Under the pieces are notes generated by a model. The model was not told the origin of the DNA. It made no database searches and saw only the letters and a program-made list of their open reading frames with translations. The position numbers and the translations under genes were made by a program. Below, piece after piece: positions 55,001 through 56,325 of a DNA stretch of 56,325 bases; position 1 is the stretch's first letter, and every line of letters begins with the position of its first letter. Source of the DNA: a virus (taxonomy: Duplodnaviria > Caudoviricetes); IMG/VR virus record IMGVR_UViG_3300044233_001555, positions 1 through 56,325 of that record, one strand, 5' to 3'.

Positions 55001-55686
55001 GTACTTACATTCAACTTTGTCAAGACATGGCTAGGGAAGTAGGCATTCCCGGTACAGGGCCTAGTAGTGTTACGCCTACATCAGAAGAAGAAAAAGATAT
55101 TGTTCGACAAATTAAAGATGCTGATCTAGACATTCAAAACAGATGGTTTAACTGGAATTATCTTTGGTCTGAAGCAAGCATTTCTCCTTCTGCCGGAACC
55201 TCTACTATTACTTCTCCAACTGATTTAATGCAGTGGAATGTAGATGCTATTGTTTTTGATGCTACCTCTGATAGTTATCAAAGGCTAGAGTACATGAAGT
55301 GGCAAGAGTATCGTGACGGTTACAAGTACGGCAATGTAGAAACAGGAACTCCAGAAATATTTTCTATAAAGCCAGATAACGTAATTGATCTTTACCCTAC
55401 TCCTGATTCCTCTACTGCAATAAAAACAGAGTATTGGAGAAATCCAACTGAACTGTCTTCTTCTTCAGATGTATCTTCTATTCCTGCCAGATTCCACAGA
55501 ATTATTATTTGTAGAGCAAAAATATACTACGCAGAACAGAACGATGCTCCAGAAGTTTTGTCATCTTCTATTGCTGAGTTTCAAGATTTATTAGTAAAAC
55601 TAGAAGCAGACCAACTTCCAAACCAAAGAAGCAGAAGGTTCTCTCAAGTTCCAGACTTAATGAATTATACGGTAGTTACAGAATGA
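54997..55686 (+). CDS. Head-tail adaptor / tail tubular protein
   Basis: 'TYIQLCQ', 'NWNYL', 'GTP..F', 'LYPTPD', 'IPARFH..I'; lies before the nozzle gene. Confidence 0.75.
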   Translation: MSTYIQLCQDMAREVGIPGTGPSSVTPTSEEEKDIVRQIKDADLDIQNRWFNWNYLWSEASISPSAGTSTITSPTDLMQWNVDAIVFDATSDSYQRLEYMKWQEYRDGYKYGNVETGTPEIFSIKPDNVIDLYPTPDSSTAIKTEYWRNPTELSSSSDVSSIPARFHRIIICRAKIYYAEQNDAPEVLSSSIAEFQDLLVKLEADQLPNQRSRRFSQVPDLMNYTVVTE

Positions 55687-56210
55687 CTTTAAGAAATTCA
55701 GCAGTAAGACCAACTACTCAAACCTATTATTTTCCATTTGAAGGTGGGTTAAATATTGTTGATCCAGTGTTGTCAATTCAGGCAGGAGAATGCATAGCCG
55801 CTAAAAATTTTGAGGTTGACATACGAGGAAGATACAGCCGTATAGACGGATACGAAAGAGCAGATGGACAAACACTGCCATCTGAGGTTAGTTACTTTAG
55901 GATACCTTTCATAATTGGTTCTTCTAAGAACACAGTATTTTCTTCTTCGTACAGTTCTTCTTTTCATCTAAACATACCATCATCTGGAGACATGGTTAAA
56001 GGTGAAACTAGTGGTGCTATTGGATTTATTTTATCAGTATCTGTAGAGGATATTACTGGGGATAGTCAATCAGGATTTTTTCCTACCAATGATGCAGAAG
56101 GATATATTTATTTTACTGCTACTAGCGGTACTTTTCAAGAAGGCGAAACAATATATTTTTTGAACAAAGACAGCGCATTTGGAAGCGCATTTAACGTGGA
56201 GTATACATAA
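55683..56210 (+). CDS. Protein resembling the N-terminus of the tail nozzle / stabilisation protein
   Basis: 'FEGGLN..DP...GEC....NFE....G.YSRIDGYER' start; only 175 aa long. Confidence 0.55.
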   Translation: MTLRNSAVRPTTQTYYFPFEGGLNIVDPVLSIQAGECIAAKNFEVDIRGRYSRIDGYERADGQTLPSEVSYFRIPFIIGSSKNTVFSSSYSSSFHLNIPSSGDMVKGETSGAIGFILSVSVEDITGDSQSGFFPTNDAEGYIYFTATSGTFQEGETIYFLNKDSAFGSAFNVEYT

Positions 56211-56325
56211 TGGGAACACCTACAGCCTTAAGAAAAACTAGAGCAGTTTTAACAGGCACAAGTTTTGCTGACAATACTACTGGCGCAATTACAGCACAGA
56301 TGTTACGACAATATGTAGAGTCATT
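56210..56325 (+). CDS. Structural protein, 3'-truncated by the window edge
   Basis: TAATG coupling; MGTPTALRKTRAVLTGTSFADNTTGAITAQMLRQYVES runs open to the end. Confidence 0.55.
   Translation, partial: MGTPTALRKTRAVLTGTSFADNTTGAITAQMLRQYVES

Noticed and set aside
1-56325. Alternative genetic code or prophage boundaries
   Set aside because: Genes are intact and densely coupled under the standard code with all three stop codons used; no host genes, att site or integrase are visible.

Overview
The window looks like most of one dsDNA tailed-phage genome, probably podovirus-type and probably circularly permuted. The two ends seem to carry parts of a tail nozzle/stabilisation gene, but I cannot prove they join. 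There are five blocks. (1) 1-15 kb, +: tail nozzle, GNAT-like gene, ejection proteins and a 3174-aa giant virion protein. (2) 15-21.7 kb, -: nucleotide metabolism and recombination (metallophosphoesterase, CxxCxxCC protein, class II ribonucleotide reductase, SSB, exonuclease, NinB-like, DUF968-like). (3) 21.8-25.1 kb, +: HTH initiator with iteron-like repeats, Twinkle/T7 gp4-like primase-helicase, endonuclease, Q-like antiterminator. (4) 25.3-31.7 kb, -: early/host-takeover genes. (5) 32-56 kb, +: terminase, small basic proteins, IscA-like Fe-S carrier, glycoside hydrolase-like gene, two glycosyltransferase-like genes, tail fibres, portal, scaffold, capsid, adaptor. I recognised no DNA polymerase, RNA polymerase, integrase, methyltransferase, tRNA or CRISPR array. 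The most striking unexplained structure is in block 4: eight copies of a 15-bp palindrome, TGTTAAWAATTAACA, resembling a Fur-family box, lie just upstream of early genes. Three follow long RNase III-like hairpins, and the block is bracketed by two copies of a 27-bp TTGACA-N7-TATAAT element. The genome also appears to avoid AGCT, GCWGC and CCWGG. All product calls come from motif recognition by eye, with no database searches.
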